A stretch of DNA of 64,000 nt. Origin: an uncultured Candidatus Saccharibacteria bacterium (GTDB taxonomy: Bacteria; Patescibacteriota; Minisyncoccia; Phycocordibacterales; UBA1006). The notes under the pieces were generated by a model, which saw nothing but the letters and a program-made list of their open reading frames with translations, made no database searches and was not told where the DNA came from. Location: assembly GCA_964350165.1 (NCBI GenBank), contig CAYGJA010000001.1, positions 86,823 through 150,822 of the forward strand. The letters are read 5' to 3'. The position numbers and the translations under genes were made by a program. This document shows positions 48,999-59,086 of the stretch, in pieces (within the stretch, counting starts at the first letter, position 1; each line of letters opens with the position of its first letter).

Positions 48999-49116
48999 AT
49001 TTTTATTATAGCCCATATATTTATTGCCAATCAGTCCGTAATCACCAAAGTCGTTTTTTTAGATGGAGATAGCATCCGCTGGAGATTGGCCGCACGAGGC
49101 TGGGGCAATGGAATAC

Positions 49117-49485
49117 TTATGCCTCAACAGAAGCCTCTTCCTGCTTCTCCTTGAAACTCAAATAATCTGCAAGGGCCTTGCCCTTTAACACAATGTTAAT
49201 ACCCTGTCCTCCCTCATCCAGTCTGTAGTAAAGCTTGACCTGAGTCGGCTGATCGTTCTCGTAGAATACTTCCACCGAGTCGGGATTTACCTTACCTTGC
49301 AAGGCCTCGATGAGTCTACTATTGTTCCCCGAAACGTGGAACTCTGACATGTGATCATAGGGCAGACTCCCGCTTTCGTCAGGCTTGATTTGGGAAAAAA
49401 ATGCCGCTATGGCTGCTTGATGAATCAGCGTTTCGTCTACATTTGTGTATTTTTTTTCTTGGTGTGATGGCTGTTCTCGGTTCAT
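49117..49485 (-). CDS. Hypothetical protein
   Basis: 122 aa from ATG 49485. Confidence 0.6.
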   Translation of the reverse strand: MNREQPSHQEKKYTNVDETLIHQAAIAAFFSQIKPDESGSLPYDHMSEFHVSGNNSRLIEALQGKVNPDSVEVFYENDQPTQVKLYYRLDEGGQGINIVLKGKALADYLSFKEKQEEASVEA

Positions 49486-49562
49486 GGTGTTGCGATTATG
49501 ATATACGGTTAATAATAGCACAGCCGACACCAACGAATGAGTCCTTCGCACGCCCCCCACCT

Positions 49563-50927
49563 CTATCGAACCAATCGATCATCAAAAACAGCAACCGGCT
49601 CGGCGGTCAGCGCTTGATCGCGCTCCATACGAGCAATATCGGCGAGCATTTCGTTATATAGTGGGGTTACGTTTTCGGCAAACGGATAGATTTCGGGGTT
49701 CGAGAGTACTGTGTCAAAAGCTTCATTAGCTCGAACAAAGCTCCCGTTCCCCCACCGAAGCATAATAAACTCGCGGAAACATGCTTCGTCGCGGTAAGGG
49801 TTGCCGCAAGTATCAAAAAACGCATCTTCTCGCGCCAAGTACTCTTCTTTGTCGAGATATGGAGTCACTGCATTAGCTGTATACCAAGCCAAAAGCCGGG
49901 CTGGGTAATCTGATTTTGAGTAGGCTGTCTGCATCTTCTCAAGCAGAGCAAAGGCGTCACTCAAGCGTCCTTCGAGCCAGGCGACGGTCACGCGCCGCTC
50001 GTCAGCATAACAAGGAAAGCCAGGTTCTGGCCACTTCTCACACTCAACCAGGTGCGCTTCGACCTCGTCATATCTCTTTTCTTCAATTGCAATATCCGCC
50101 AAAATAGTGTGGACCCACGGGTTATGTGGGTTAAGTTGTCGCGAGGCCAATGCCGTTTCTTTGGCGCGCTCGTAGTCCTCGAGCCAAAAATAGGCGCGAC
50201 TTTGATTGTACAGGGAATACGCCCGCTGCCAGGGCTCGGTCGATACACGTTCGGCACTCTTGGCGAGCTCCAACACGGCCTGGGCCGCCTCGGGAGAGAG
50301 CTTGGACTCGTCAGGACGCAAAAACCGAATCGATCGCGCCCGGCTGATATAGTAATCATAATCAGGCTGGGCGGCATTGGGCGTGATCACCATCGCAACC
50401 ACTATGACGCCCCCCAGAAGCACGGCTATTTTTCGCCACGACGTAATCGCACCTGTGGCGCGCAAGCCAAGCAGGCACAGCAGTGTCAATACCAAAATTC
50501 CAACCAACATCTCTGAGGCAGAAAACTGCGAAAACATAATGGGGATTGCCTCGTCTATATTGAGGCTCTGCACAACCGGACGCAGTGGCGTAAAAGCCAC
50601 CACCAATACACTCACGGCATAGGCCTCAAGCACCAACACAACCTTCATGGGTATGTTTTCTTCAATTGCCAGCCTACGCATCGCAGGGCGTACTTGCACA
50701 AACAACCATATTGCTGTGTGAGCAATCAAGGCCCCTTGGAACACCCCCACCGCAACTTCTTTGGTCAAATACCACACCGTATCCCAGCGCACCGGCATAG
50801 CGGTTGCCGAAGCGACGAGCGACAAGTCGGCCAACAGCCAGGCCATGATTACCGCAAAGACCCCAACCTGCACCACCGGCAACCACAACCAAAAAATCGC
50901 TGTTTCTTTACCTAGTTTTACGCTCAT
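49563..50927 (-). CDS. Multi-TM protein with C-terminal TPR-like domain
   Basis: About 5 TMs; AYFWLEDYERAKE...LNPHNPWVHTILADIA TPR pattern. Confidence 0.7.
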   Translation of the reverse strand: MSVKLGKETAIFWLWLPVVQVGVFAVIMAWLLADLSLVASATAMPVRWDTVWYLTKEVAVGVFQGALIAHTAIWLFVQVRPAMRRLAIEENIPMKVVLVLEAYAVSVLVVAFTPLRPVVQSLNIDEAIPIMFSQFSASEMLVGILVLTLLCLLGLRATGAITSWRKIAVLLGGVIVVAMVITPNAAQPDYDYYISRARSIRFLRPDESKLSPEAAQAVLELAKSAERVSTEPWQRAYSLYNQSRAYFWLEDYERAKETALASRQLNPHNPWVHTILADIAIEEKRYDEVEAHLVECEKWPEPGFPCYADERRVTVAWLEGRLSDAFALLEKMQTAYSKSDYPARLLAWYTANAVTPYLDKEEYLAREDAFFDTCGNPYRDEACFREFIMLRWGNGSFVRANEAFDTVLSNPEIYPFAENVTPLYNEMLADIARMERDQALTAEPVAVFDDRLVR

Positions 50928-50999
50928 AGCACGAATGGATAATCACTCATCTTTGTTACCTAACTAACATTATGAATCCAGTATACCCTAGCCGCGCGT

Positions 51000-51908
51000 T
51001 CACCCCTCCACAAAAAAGTCTTCGTCGAGTTGCTTGATTTCGTAGGTGCTTTGAATTTGCACACCGATTCCAAAACGATACATCAAATCTGCCAACTGGA
51101 TCCCCGAGATTAGAATGATAGTATGGTGGGCTTCGCGCGCTTTTTGGATGGCCTTGTCGTCAAAGTCTGCCGTCGTAACAAAAATTCCTTTTTGCGTGTC
51201 ACCAGCCATAGCCCCGATAAAATTTCGGATGTCAGGCTCGCGGACTTTGTTTTCGGAATAGCGCTTGGCCTGTACGTAAATCTTTTCCAAGCCCAGCTGA
51301 TCCTGATTGATAACACCATCAATCCCGCCATCGCCCGATTTTGGCGTACCCAAGAATTCTCCGTACCCCATCTTTTGAAATAATTGCAAGACTATCCGCT
51401 CGAAGTCATATGGATCTACCTGTTTTAGCCTTTGCAACAGCTCGGCTTTGGTCTCGCGTTCCAGATTGGCGATCCCGCTTTCGATCAGGTCCGTTGGAGT
51501 TGATTCTTCGCTGTTGGCATGGTCACCATCTTCCGTCTCGTGTACAGCTTTACCTTTTGCAATTTCGTGCGCCTGAAAATCAGGGTCGCTCTTTAGTTGG
51601 GCTAGTGTGAGTGTGCCAGAATCTAGTACGGCTCGCCCCTTGTCGGTGATTGCCACTATTCCGCGCTCAGGGGACGCCAGCATCTTTGCTTGCTTGAGAT
51701 ATGCCTTGCCCCATCCAACCCGATTGAGCACCAATTGATCGCCAGACTTGGTTTTTTGTTGAAGGATTTCTGACGGCAGGTCCGCATAAAAGCGATCCCG
51801 GACCGCACGCCGCAAATCACCGGTCGCCAGGGGTCCGCTATCGGCCAACACATGCAATATTGGCAAAAAAGTCTCATGGAATTTTGGAAGTTTTTTCATA
51901 ATTGACAT
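51000..51908 (-). CDS. mrr: Mrr-family type IV restriction endonuclease
   Basis: N-terminal RVGWGKAYLK; catalytic DGGIDG...QAKRY. Confidence 0.93.
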   Translation of the reverse strand: MSIMKKLPKFHETFLPILHVLADSGPLATGDLRRAVRDRFYADLPSEILQQKTKSGDQLVLNRVGWGKAYLKQAKMLASPERGIVAITDKGRAVLDSGTLTLAQLKSDPDFQAHEIAKGKAVHETEDGDHANSEESTPTDLIESGIANLERETKAELLQRLKQVDPYDFERIVLQLFQKMGYGEFLGTPKSGDGGIDGVINQDQLGLEKIYVQAKRYSENKVREPDIRNFIGAMAGDTQKGIFVTTADFDDKAIQKAREAHHTIILISGIQLADLMYRFGIGVQIQSTYEIKQLDEDFFVEG

Positions 51909-51913
51909 ATATT

Positions 51914-54877
51914 CTATTTAACACCAGCAGTCTTCCGAACAATAAACTCAAAAATGCGCTCGTTGACAAATTTTTTCAGCTCGGGATTTTCGTCCAGTTT
52001 TCGATACAGGTTAAAGTGCTCATCGAGCATGCCGACAAGGCGGTCCTGGAAGAGTTCGTCAAATTTAATCTTTGCTGCATCTGGGCTATTGGCCGCCAAC
52101 GACCCTTGTAGTGCTTCGTTTTGTAACAATGAAGCACTAAGAGAATTTAAGATTAGCTTATCTTCATTGGTGAATTCTGCTCCGTATCTTTCATTAATCT
52201 CTTTGATGATTTTTGAAAGCGGGTCTTTTTCATCACCCTCCTCGTCTCCGCCATTTTTCCCTGCCCCCATCGGCTCTAGGTCAGAATCTTCGTCATCAAG
52301 GATGATCTGTAATTCGTGCTTGTCTTTTATGGCATAAGAATCAACATCTGCCGCTTCAAGTACATCGATTGGCAACTCGGTACCGCCTTGCGGGAGCTTG
52401 CGCCGCAAAAACTTCAAGAACAAAAAGAGGCGCTCCAGATCAGGGTCTTCAAAGGTCACAATCTGTGACACAAACGCATATTTCCGTACATAATCACCAG
52501 CCCGTGACTTGAATTCTGCCATCTCTTGTTCGGTAAAGCGCTTGACAGCACGCTCTACAACCGCGTCCAGCGCAGCATTGAGGACCGAGGGCTGGGCCCC
52601 CATCAGATACTGATCCACAAATCCCCTCATTTCTAGGTCAGAAAATAGCTTGTAGCCCTGGATGTCTCTCTCTAGGTCGTGCAGAATATTCGGATCGGTT
52701 GCCTCAGATAGCAGCGTTGCCTTGTAATACGGCTGGAATGATTTTTTGATGTCTTCTGCACCATTGACAAAGTCAAGCACAAACACGTCTTCCTTGTCGT
52801 AGCGCGTACGATTCAGACGAGATAATGTTTGCACCGCACTTACGCCAGATAGTTTTTTGTCGACATACATAGAAGCAAGCAGCGGCTGATCAAAGCCTGT
52901 TTGGAATTTCTCGGCAACGATAAGAAATTTGTAGTCGTCTTTTTTAAACTCATTTGCCGTGTTTGCCTCGGGTACACCGTTCATTCCGGCTTCGGTATAC
53001 TCCAGTCCGCCGTCAACTACGGTGCCAGAAAATGCCACCAATGATTTGTAGGGATAGTTTTGCTCTGTCAAATATTCATCAAAGGCACGCTTGAATCGCA
53101 CCGCGTGCAAGCGTGACTTCGTCACGACCATTGCTTTGGCTTGCCCGCTGATTTCGCTGGCAATCTTTTCAGAGAAATGCTCGACAATAATTTTGACCTT
53201 TTTGGCGATAACCTGCTCGTGCTTTTCGACATAGCCCACCAACAAGCGCTGGGCTTTCTTTTTGTCATATTCGGGGTCTTCTGCCACTTTTTTCAGCAAT
53301 GCAAAATAAGTCTGATAGGTGGTGTAATTTTTGAGTACATCGACAATAAAGCCTTCTTCAATGGCTTGCTTCATAGAGTACAGCGAAAACGGCATATGCT
53401 TACCGGTCAGCGGGTCTTCTATTCCAAACAGCTCGAGCGTTTTTTGTTTTGGGGTTGCCGTAAACGCAAAAAAGCTGATATTCGGCGCATGTACTTTTCG
53501 CGCCTTCATGCGATCGATCAGCAAATCCTCTGCAGTCTTAAATGCTTGTTCGGCCTTTGTGTCTGCCTCGGCAGCGTCTTCTAGGGTAAGGGCCTGGCGC
53601 AAGTCTGCCATGCTGTCACCGCTGGTTGACGAATGCGCCTCGTCGATAATTACCGCAAATCGTTTGCCGGCCGTTTGCTCGATTGCATCCACAATAACTG
53701 GAAATTTTTGCAGTGTACTCGAGATTATTCTGGTTCCCTTCTCTAGTGCATCACGCAATTCAGCAGAGCTCTCGACGTGCTTTACCACACCATCGACCTG
53801 CTCAAAGCTTCGGATGGTTTCGGCAAGTTGTGAATCCAGCACGCGCCGATCAGTAATCACCACCACCCCGTCAAAAACCGAAGCATCACTCGCATCATGA
53901 AGCTCTGCCAGTCGATGCGCGGTCCAGGCAATGGTCATGCTCTTGCCTGATCCGGCACTGTGCTGCACCAGATAGTTCTGGCCCGCACCACGGGCCTGTG
54001 CATCTGTTACCAATCGCCTGACAGTCTGCATCTGGTGATATCGGGGAAAGGTCAAAACTTCCTTTTTTGACTTGCGCCCATTTTTATCTACTTTTTCCTC
54101 GGCCTGGAGGGCAATAAAGTTTGCCAACAAGTCCATCAAGCTACCACGACCCCACACTTCTTCCCACAGATAATGGGTCTTGTATTTGCCCGTGACTACG
54201 GGGTTGCCGGATCCATTATTGTCACCGCGGTTGAATGGTAAAAAGTATGTCGACAAACCCGAGAGGCGTGTGGTCATGTACACCTGCTCGGTATCCACTG
54301 CAAAGTGGGTCAAACAGCGCTTGAACAACAATAGTTTTTCGCGTTGATCGCGATCGCTCTTGTATTGTCGCATAGCATGCAGCGCCGTCTGACCTGTCAG
54401 CTGATTCTTTAATTCAACGGTAAATATCGGCAAGCCATTCACAAACAGCACCATGTCGATACTGTTTTCGTTTTGCTGACTGTATTTTACCTGCCGTGTT
54501 ACCGACAAAATATTCGCCTCATAATCCGCAAGGGTTTCCGGGTTCATTCCCGTTTGTGGCTGCCAATATGCCAAGCGGAATTTAACCCCGCGATCTTTGA
54601 TCCCCTCGCGCAACACTGCCAAGAGGCCACGGTCTGCGATTTCCCCATCCAATCGTTCCAGAAATTTCTGCCCTACCTCGTCGCCGTATTGATCGGAAAG
54701 TTTTTTCCAATTCTCAGATTGCGTTTTTTGTACAAATTCCAAAACCAGCTCTGTATCCATGCAGAGGCCTTTGTCGTACGCGCTCGCTCCGCGAGCGCGG
54801 TACCCGTGCAGGTTGACGAGCTCGCTTTCGATAAACTCCTCGAATCCTGATTCTTTTGTGTTAGTTTTTTTGGTCAT
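51914..54877 (-). CDS. hsdR: Type I restriction subunit R
   Basis: D..LFVNGLP...ELK, HSAGSGKS, DEAH, FTATP and QTLSRLNR. Confidence 0.97.
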   Translation of the reverse strand: MTKKTNTKESGFEEFIESELVNLHGYRARGASAYDKGLCMDTELVLEFVQKTQSENWKKLSDQYGDEVGQKFLERLDGEIADRGLLAVLREGIKDRGVKFRLAYWQPQTGMNPETLADYEANILSVTRQVKYSQQNENSIDMVLFVNGLPIFTVELKNQLTGQTALHAMRQYKSDRDQREKLLLFKRCLTHFAVDTEQVYMTTRLSGLSTYFLPFNRGDNNGSGNPVVTGKYKTHYLWEEVWGRGSLMDLLANFIALQAEEKVDKNGRKSKKEVLTFPRYHQMQTVRRLVTDAQARGAGQNYLVQHSAGSGKSMTIAWTAHRLAELHDASDASVFDGVVVITDRRVLDSQLAETIRSFEQVDGVVKHVESSAELRDALEKGTRIISSTLQKFPVIVDAIEQTAGKRFAVIIDEAHSSTSGDSMADLRQALTLEDAAEADTKAEQAFKTAEDLLIDRMKARKVHAPNISFFAFTATPKQKTLELFGIEDPLTGKHMPFSLYSMKQAIEEGFIVDVLKNYTTYQTYFALLKKVAEDPEYDKKKAQRLLVGYVEKHEQVIAKKVKIIVEHFSEKIASEISGQAKAMVVTKSRLHAVRFKRAFDEYLTEQNYPYKSLVAFSGTVVDGGLEYTEAGMNGVPEANTANEFKKDDYKFLIVAEKFQTGFDQPLLASMYVDKKLSGVSAVQTLSRLNRTRYDKEDVFVLDFVNGAEDIKKSFQPYYKATLLSEATDPNILHDLERDIQGYKLFSDLEMRGFVDQYLMGAQPSVLNAALDAVVERAVKRFTEQEMAEFKSRAGDYVRKYAFVSQIVTFEDPDLERLFLFLKFLRRKLPQGGTELPIDVLEAADVDSYAIKDKHELQIILDDEDSDLEPMGAGKNGGDEEGDEKDPLSKIIKEINERYGAEFTNEDKLILNSLSASLLQNEALQGSLAANSPDAAKIKFDELFQDRLVGMLDEHFNLYRKLDENPELKKFVNERIFEFIVRKTAGVK

Positions 54878-54881
54878 GATC

Positions 54882-55745
54882 TTATTCTTCTTTATCTTTT
54901 TTTTCTACTCCCTTTTTGGTTTTCTTTTCTAAAATCTTACTCATGCTCTCGGTAAAACTCTTATTTTCTTCTTTTGTCTTTACAAGACGATTTACCAAAA
55001 ATATCAACACCCCCTTCACAGCATCAGCATACTCAAGACATTCCTCATCTGATTCTGCGTGCAAGCCCTCACTCAAAGCAGAATGCAAAGCAGCAAGAGG
55101 GTTTACTCCGCCAGGCCGCAATGATTCTGGCAAAAGACCCTTCACGATATCGATTTTTTCTTGAGTTATCGTAGTCTTTTGTACTTCCTCCAAGGCTTTC
55201 TGATATTCTCCTTTTTTATCTTCTGGAATAAGCTCTCCAACAGATACCAAAAGCTCGTCAATGATTTCTTCCACTATACGGCGAAAATATGAAAATGCCC
55301 CGATACCATATCCTTGAGATTCACAAATTAAACCGCGCTTATAGTATTCTGACCGATCGCCAAGTGTTTGCTCGAGCTCCTTGTCAATATCAATACTCCA
55401 CCCTGGAATTTGACCAACTTTTTCTAAAACTAAGACATCTCGATCTTTGTCAATTTTTTCTTTTTGAAAATGTATCAAAAAGACCCTCAAACCTTTATTA
55501 CAAGAAGCACATTTATAACGCAAATCCCGAACTCGCCCATCAACAATCTCATTCGAATATTGTTCGTGATAATCGTTTACCATATTAAAAGTTTGATCAG
55601 AGCCACAAACAGCACAAAACATCTTAATAGCTGGTTTTGGTAAAGTACCTGCCTCTAAACCAGCCCTATGGCTCCTGTGCCAACTTTTATCAGTCTTGTA
55701 TTTTTTATACAGAGGATAATTTTCTAAAAATTCTTTATTTGCCAT
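54882..55745 (-). CDS. Hypothetical Zn-ribbon plus HEPN/DUF4145-like protein inside the R-M operon
   Basis: CAVC and CASC pairs; GAFSYFRRIVE; LSEGLH; AT-rich. Confidence 0.6.
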   Translation of the reverse strand: MANKEFLENYPLYKKYKTDKSWHRSHRAGLEAGTLPKPAIKMFCAVCGSDQTFNMVNDYHEQYSNEIVDGRVRDLRYKCASCNKGLRVFLIHFQKEKIDKDRDVLVLEKVGQIPGWSIDIDKELEQTLGDRSEYYKRGLICESQGYGIGAFSYFRRIVEEIIDELLVSVGELIPEDKKGEYQKALEEVQKTTITQEKIDIVKGLLPESLRPGGVNPLAALHSALSEGLHAESDEECLEYADAVKGVLIFLVNRLVKTKEENKSFTESMSKILEKKTKKGVEKKDKEE

Positions 55746-55749
55746 AAGT

Positions 55750-57081
55750 TTATACTTTCACCTTCCCCGTCACCACATGCGAGATCAAAGAAGATTTAAA
55801 TTCTTGTAATAATTCGATCGACTTTTCGACTTTTTTAATTGATTGATCGTAATCTGACATTTTTTCTTTAATAAATTCAACTATTCTTTGCTGCTCAGCA
55901 ACATCTGGGAATACTATATTTTCTGTGAAATAGTTTTTTATATCTAAGTTTTGTATTCCAGTATTTTGCTTAATGTATTTTGTATTAATTCTTCCAGAAT
56001 ATAGTGTCGATAAATAAAAAACTAGAAATCTTGAAGAAAGAGTTTCTGGATCGACCCTAACAATATCTATGAAATTAGCACACGTCATTTTTTCATCAGA
56101 ATCAAAAAGTATCGCGCGACCAACCGGCGTCTTTTCGCCTCCGCCTGATTTCTCCACCAAAATGTCACCAGCCTTTAGGATTTTAAATTTAGAGATTCGA
56201 GGATTATTCCTTACCGTTTCTACATCTTCAAATGACAAGTTTTGATAATCAAAATCAGCAACACGTAAACACCTTATATCGTGTTCATCGTTTTCCATAT
56301 TATCACCCCAAACCCCCGATTCAATTTGTGTTACCAGATGTTTTATTTTCTTCACTTCCCATCCCTTCGGAATCTTCCCAATCCATTCAACACCACTATC
56401 AACCAACTCAACACTTGCATCCAAGCCTTTCGTCACCGCCTGATTGATCACCGCGGTGCGTTTTTCGCGCAAGAGCGCGATGAGCTTTTTCTTTTTCTTG
56501 ATCAAGCTATCAATCCGCGCTGTTTTCTCATCGAGGTAGGCGACGATTGATAGTTGGGTTTGTTTATCTGGTAAGGTAATGGGTAAATATTTTAAATTGT
56601 GAAAATTTAATGTCTGTCGAACTCCGCCACCCAGGTTGTAAAAAACTTTCTGTAGATCATAAGAGTGAAGCAGGTAATACACATACTTTTGCTGAACTTC
56701 GTTATGTAATTGCAAGCCTAAATATGCGGAAGTAATAATTCCACTTTGATCTTTCACAAAACCTACACGCAAACTTTTTTTGTCGTTCTGCAAATCAGTT
56801 AAGCGCAGAACGATATTATTTTTATGTACGATTTGATATGTATTAAAAGACTCTGGCAATAGACCCCCAACATGATCAATATCTTTTTGTACAATTCTCC
56901 CGTAACTAAGCGATAGTAAGTTTTGATTCTGGCCCTTAGTATTTTTTTCTTGATTTTCATCAGCGATTCCACGAAGATACTGCACCGCCCAGCCCCTCGG
57001 AATCTCACCCAACCACTCAACCCCCGAATCTTTGTATTCGGTATAGGTGTCGTATTGGTTTGTCAGCTTAAGTGTTTTCAT
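55750..57081 (-). CDS. hsdS: Type I specificity subunit S
   Basis: Repeated DSGVEW.G.IP.GW conserved regions flanking two TRDs. Confidence 0.95.
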   Translation of the reverse strand: MKTLKLTNQYDTYTEYKDSGVEWLGEIPRGWAVQYLRGIADENQEKNTKGQNQNLLSLSYGRIVQKDIDHVGGLLPESFNTYQIVHKNNIVLRLTDLQNDKKSLRVGFVKDQSGIITSAYLGLQLHNEVQQKYVYYLLHSYDLQKVFYNLGGGVRQTLNFHNLKYLPITLPDKQTQLSIVAYLDEKTARIDSLIKKKKKLIALLREKRTAVINQAVTKGLDASVELVDSGVEWIGKIPKGWEVKKIKHLVTQIESGVWGDNMENDEHDIRCLRVADFDYQNLSFEDVETVRNNPRISKFKILKAGDILVEKSGGGEKTPVGRAILFDSDEKMTCANFIDIVRVDPETLSSRFLVFYLSTLYSGRINTKYIKQNTGIQNLDIKNYFTENIVFPDVAEQQRIVEFIKEKMSDYDQSIKKVEKSIELLQEFKSSLISHVVTGKVKV

Positions 57082-57083
57082 AT

Positions 57084-59072
57084 CTAGAGACCCTTCAAAA
57101 GTTCCAACAATTCATTTTCGACCTCTTCGATCTCGCTTTCGATCGCTTCTAGTGCGCGCGGTGGTTCGTAGGTATAGAAATACCGCGTAAATGGGATTTC
57201 ATATCCAACGACGCCAATCTCGCCGTCTTTTTCGTCACGCTTTGATTCGTCGATCCATGCGTCTGGTACATACGGCTTTACCTCACATTCGAAATATTCG
57301 TCTACATCGGTACCAAATGGTACGTTTTCATGATCACGGAGAGTGCTGTCTGCTTCTGGATTCCCGTCTTTGTCGGTGCAGATATCTGCATTTTCGTCAC
57401 GCTCCGACAGAGCGTTCAGAATTGCTTTTTTGACGGGTGATTTTAGTTTTAAATCTTTGGTATGTTTTTCAAATACTTTCAAGAACTCTTCGCGATTAGT
57501 GAACAGCTGGGTGCTTGGGAAATTGTGCAGCGATTCCAAAATCACCTCTTTCTCTTTTGGGTTTAGTTTCTCAAACGCTTTCTCCTCCTTCAAAAGCTCG
57601 ACACGTTCTGGTGAGGCTTGAAAATTCAGGCGAAGTGGTCGCTCGATCGTTACCTTGCGATAAGCAAAGTCTGTTGTGTTAAAAATCTTTGAATGTTCGG
57701 TTTCCTTGAAGTCTTCGTATAATTTGATGATTTTTTCTCGTGCTGTTTCGTCGACTTCTTTCCTTTTTTGTCCGAGGCTCTTTCGCATTTTTTTGTACAT
57801 TTCGCGGGCATCGATCAGCTGGACTTTGCCCTTGCGTTCGGTCGCCTTCTTGTTCGAAATGAACCACAGATACGTATTGATTCCGGTGTTATAGAACAGC
57901 TGGTCTGGCAAAGCCACAATGGCTTCCAAGAGGTCCTTTTCCAAAATCCAACGGCGAATTTCGCTTTCGCCACTACCGGCATCGCCTGTAAATAGCGGGG
58001 ATCCATTGTGAACGATTGCCAGCCGAGCACCACCGTCAGAAGCGGGCTTCATCTTTGCGATTAGGTGCTGTGTAAACAGCAGCTGTCCATCCGACACGCG
58101 TGGCGTGCCGGCGCCAAAACGCCCAGCATAGCCACGCTTTGCCTCACGTTCGACAGCGTCTTTGTCTTTTTTCCAGTCAGTACCGTAGGGTGGATTACTG
58201 AGACCATAGTCAAAGACCTCGCCAAAAAACTGATCGTTGGCCAGGGTGCTGGCCTTGGAGTGGTCTTTTTCGCCACCCCGAATCAGGTCGGCGTTCTCTC
58301 CCTTGATCAGCATGTCTGATTTTGCAATTGCGTACGAAACAGAATTCAATTCTTGGCCATACAGATAAATCGCGGCTTGTTTGTTGATTTGCCCATGAAC
58401 GTATTCTTTGGCAAGGGTTAGCATGCCGCCGGTACCGCAAGCAGGGTCATAGACTTTTTTGATCACGTGCGGGTTTGTGAGGTCTTTTTTGTCCGGGTTA
58501 AAAAGAAGTGGCACCATCAGTGCGATCACATCGCGCGGCGTATAATGCTCCCCTGCTGTCTCGTTAGACATTTCAGAGAATTTTCGTAGTAATTCTTCAA
58601 AGATGGCACCCATTTCATGGCTATCTACCTGGGATGGGTGGAGGTCAACCTTGTTGAGCTCTTGGATAATCAAATAGAGTAAATTCCCACCTTCGAGGCG
58701 TTCGATTTGTTTATCAAAATCAAATTTTTCGATGATATCGCGAATATTCGAGCTATAATCGTTCAAATATTTTTTGAAATTTTTTGTGATATTGCGTGGA
58801 TCTTCGGTGAGTTTTTTGAAGTCATACTCAGATACATTGAAAAAATCATAGCCAGAAGTCTTTTTGAGAATAGGTTCCAGGTCTTTTACTTTTCCCGACC
58901 ACTGATGGTAGTGATCCAAAACTTTCGCCTTGGTTCCGGACAGGACACTATCAAGTCGCTTGATAACCACAAGGGGCAGAATAACGTCGGCATATTCATG
59001 CTGTTTCCAGCCGCCACGCAGAATGTCCGCGATGTTCCATATCATTGAAGTTTTTTGTTGAAAGTTTTCCAT
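57084..59072 (-). CDS. hsdM: Type I methyltransferase subunit M
   Basis: GEHYTP, DPACGTGG and NPPY. Confidence 0.97.
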   Translation of the reverse strand: MENFQQKTSMIWNIADILRGGWKQHEYADVILPLVVIKRLDSVLSGTKAKVLDHYHQWSGKVKDLEPILKKTSGYDFFNVSEYDFKKLTEDPRNITKNFKKYLNDYSSNIRDIIEKFDFDKQIERLEGGNLLYLIIQELNKVDLHPSQVDSHEMGAIFEELLRKFSEMSNETAGEHYTPRDVIALMVPLLFNPDKKDLTNPHVIKKVYDPACGTGGMLTLAKEYVHGQINKQAAIYLYGQELNSVSYAIAKSDMLIKGENADLIRGGEKDHSKASTLANDQFFGEVFDYGLSNPPYGTDWKKDKDAVEREAKRGYAGRFGAGTPRVSDGQLLFTQHLIAKMKPASDGGARLAIVHNGSPLFTGDAGSGESEIRRWILEKDLLEAIVALPDQLFYNTGINTYLWFISNKKATERKGKVQLIDAREMYKKMRKSLGQKRKEVDETAREKIIKLYEDFKETEHSKIFNTTDFAYRKVTIERPLRLNFQASPERVELLKEEKAFEKLNPKEKEVILESLHNFPSTQLFTNREEFLKVFEKHTKDLKLKSPVKKAILNALSERDENADICTDKDGNPEADSTLRDHENVPFGTDVDEYFECEVKPYVPDAWIDESKRDEKDGEIGVVGYEIPFTRYFYTYEPPRALEAIESEIEEVENELLELLKGL

Positions 59073-59086
59073 ACACCTTTTGTTTC

